From contig MU058221.1 of assembly GCA_013265495.1 (NCBI GenBank), positions 2,294,001-2,358,000 on the forward strand: a stretch of 64,000 nucleotides of DNA, in the 5' to 3' direction. The stretch comes from Vicugna vicugna. Lineage: Eukaryota. Positions 61,661 through 64,000 of the stretch are shown here, piece after piece. The notes below the pieces were generated by a model that was not told the DNA's origin, searched no databases, and saw only the letters and a list, made by a program, of their open reading frames with translations. The translations under genes were made by a program, and so were the position numbers. How positions within the stretch are numbered: position 1 is the stretch's first letter; each line of letters begins with the position of its first letter.

Positions 61661-63187
61661 GGGTTAAAGGCAAAGGAGCCGATCTAATATGGAATCGGAT
61701 TTGTTCTTTTCTGCGGCAGTATCCAGCCTCTTGTGTCGAATTCCTCCCACATTCAACGGGTCTCATCTGTGTGACCGAACGAGTGATCGGTTACGAAACC
61801 AAATGACGAGGCGTGAAAGGCGGCTTCTGATGCTGGGTCATAAAGACGTGCGGTCTTGACCTTGCTCTCTCGGATCCGTCCCTGGGGCGAGCCCACTGCC
61901 CCACTGCGAGGCCACTCAAGCGAACCTGTGGCAGCTTCCACGTGTCGGGAACCTGGGGCCTCTTGTCGACAGCAGGTGCAGGCTTGCCAGCTACGTGCGT
62001 GAGCTGGCTGGGAAGTGGCCGTTCCAGCTCCGTTCGGGCTTGGAGGTGACTGCCGCCCCAGCTGACACCTTGACCGTGACCTCACGGGGGCCCTCCAGCC
62101 CCAAGCACCCAGTGGAGCTGCTCTCGGGTTCCTCCACCGGAACCATGCAGACAGTAAATGTCTGCTGTGGCTTCTGGTCTGAGCTGCCCGGCAACTTGTT
62201 ATGTGACTGTGGGAACCTGATACAGCTGTTCTGATGTGGGGCGGGGGAGAGCCCAGGTGGAAGGAGGGACACGGGAGGGGCGCCCCGGGGGCGCAGCCTT
62301 GCCACGCAGCTTGTGGGCTCGGTGCTGCAGGCGGTTTTCTGGAAGAGAGGCAGCGGGATGGAGAGTGCCAGGCGCGCTGAAGTGCCCAGAGCCCCGCGGG
62401 GAGCGGCGCTGGGTGACCGGGAGGCTGCGCTTCCCCCTTTGTCATCTCTGCCGTGACCGGAGCGGGGCGCTTTGTGGGAAACATGCAAATGCCTTAAAAT
62501 GGAGTTGAACTCCCTTCATGTCTCTCTAACTGGAAATATAATTGCGACTCCTTGCGCATTGCTGTGATTTTTTTTAATCCTGTCACCCTTTGTTGGCTCG
62601 CTGCTTTTCATCTTACTGTTTATTAAAATAGCCCGAGTCCTCTTTGGTGCCGAAAAGCCCAAGTATGTGATTGGAGGCTACGGCCAAATTACAGCTCAGT
62701 TTTATTTGATGCTAAGGTTCTTGACTTAGTTCATGTTTAACTTTTTTTTTTTTTTAACTTTGGAGTTGGGGAGAGGAGGAAAGTGAGTGGCCAGCTGGAA
62801 CCCTGGCCTGGGCTCAGGAGTCTAACAGCTGCTGCCAGAGCGTCCCCACGAACATTTCATTTGCTCTTCTGTGCGACTTCGTCCCTGTACCCTTGATTAG
62901 TGGCAGGTAGAATGAGCCACGATCCACGGATGAAACACTGTTACGTCTTCCTACTAGGGTGGCTGATGACTTAGCCACAGGCTTGTTTAACCCTTTGGAG
63001 TGTCAGCCGAGCTGATTCTAATTTGCTTTAATTGATTTTGCAGTGAAACTGAGATGGGCCCTCCAGTCCTCCTGACAAGGTGATTTTGCATTTTAAGCCG
63101 AGGCTGCAAACAAAGCCGTTGCTCAGGTGGAAATGCTTCCTGGACGGTTTCCAAAAACACCCTGTGTAAGGGGCTGTGGCTGAGGGG

Positions 63188-63673
63188 TGTGTTAGTTTCC
63201 TGTGCGTCTGTAGCCAGTCACCATGCGTACACTTGGCTGCTTAAAACAACGAAGTGTCTCCTTTCACAGTCCTGAGCTCAGAAGGGCCGAGTCAGTTTCA
63301 CCGTGCTGGTGTAGCAGTGCCCGCGGGCTTGCACGCCCACTAAACGCTCTCATGGAAAAATCTGCTCCTTGCTCCTTGTAGCGCTGGTGTCTGTGGACAC
63401 TCCTTGGCCACATCACTCCAATCTCTGTCCCCACGGTCCCATTGCCTTCTCCTCTTCTGTCCGTTGGTCTCTGTCAAATTTCCCTCTGCCTTCTTCATGA
63501 GGATACATGTGGTTGCATTGTGGGCCCAACCAGACAATCCAGGATGAAGGCTCTGTGTCAAGATCCTTGACTTAATCAAATCTGCAAAGACCCCTTCGCC
63601 AAACAAGGTGACATTTGCAGGTTCCAGGGACTGGGGTCGGATAGCTTTGGGGGCCGTGACTGCACCTTCTACA
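63188..63673 (-). mobile_element. MaLR LTR, MLT1C/D-like
   Basis: tgtgttagtttcctgtg...cttaaaacaac...catcactccaatctctg...aatccaggatga..caagatccttgacttaatcaaatctgcaaagacc..aaacaaggtgacatttgcaggttccaggga...ccttctaca. Confidence 0.88.
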
Positions 63674-64000
63674 AGAAGCCCCATGTTGTTTCATCCCCAG
63701 AGCTTTTCTCTAAGAAAAAAATGTTTTCTTGCTGGTGGTGTAGCCTCTTCGTTAGTGCATCACAGAATGGAGAAATAGCTCCCACCTCCTTTGAAAAACT
63801 CCAGGATGAAACATATCAGATGGAAGGACCGTAGCAAGGAAGGAGGGAGAGGAGGGAGAGGCAGCAAAGAAAGTTTTGCAGAAGCATACCACCCCAAGTC
63901 TGTGCTGTCAGTTGTGGAATCTTGCCCTGTTGAATACCTTCCTAAGTTTTTGCAATATAGAAGGTTCCCCTTTCAAAATTGCCATCTCACACACTGCAAT

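Noticed and set aside
61753..62488. 243-aa and 165-aa ORFs (-)
   Set aside because: Stop-poor GC-rich sequence with low-information Pro/Ala/Arg/Ser composition; no recognisable homology or exon structure.

Overview
Mammalian, repeat-rich, apparently non-coding genomic DNA. The tRNA-derived SINE (head GGGGAGGG-TA-AGCTCAGTGGTAGAGC...GGTCCTGGGTTCAATCCCCAGTAC, Vic-1-like) and the young L1 3' ends point to a camelid or related artiodactyl. This assignment is from recall, not a database search. I found no credible protein-coding exon, RNA gene, CRISPR array or prokaryotic feature; the ORF track is explained by repeats, low complexity and GC-rich chance ORFs. The window holds 12 LTR-derived elements (10 on the minus strand, suggesting a long intron of a + strand gene), young and old L1 fragments, five SINEs, MIR/L2 relics, hAT DNA-transposon relics and microsatellites. 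The most interesting items are: a ~500 bp poly(A)-tailed, 3'UTR-like insert inside an old L1; patches of AT-to-GC/CpG gain in old repeats, including a CpG-island-like LTR with an intact YY1 site; a cluster of four solo LTRs; a truncated provirus end; and several compact transcription-factor motif arrangements. I see no evidence of a new biological system. Subfamily names are visual assignments, and the boundaries of old repeats are approximate.
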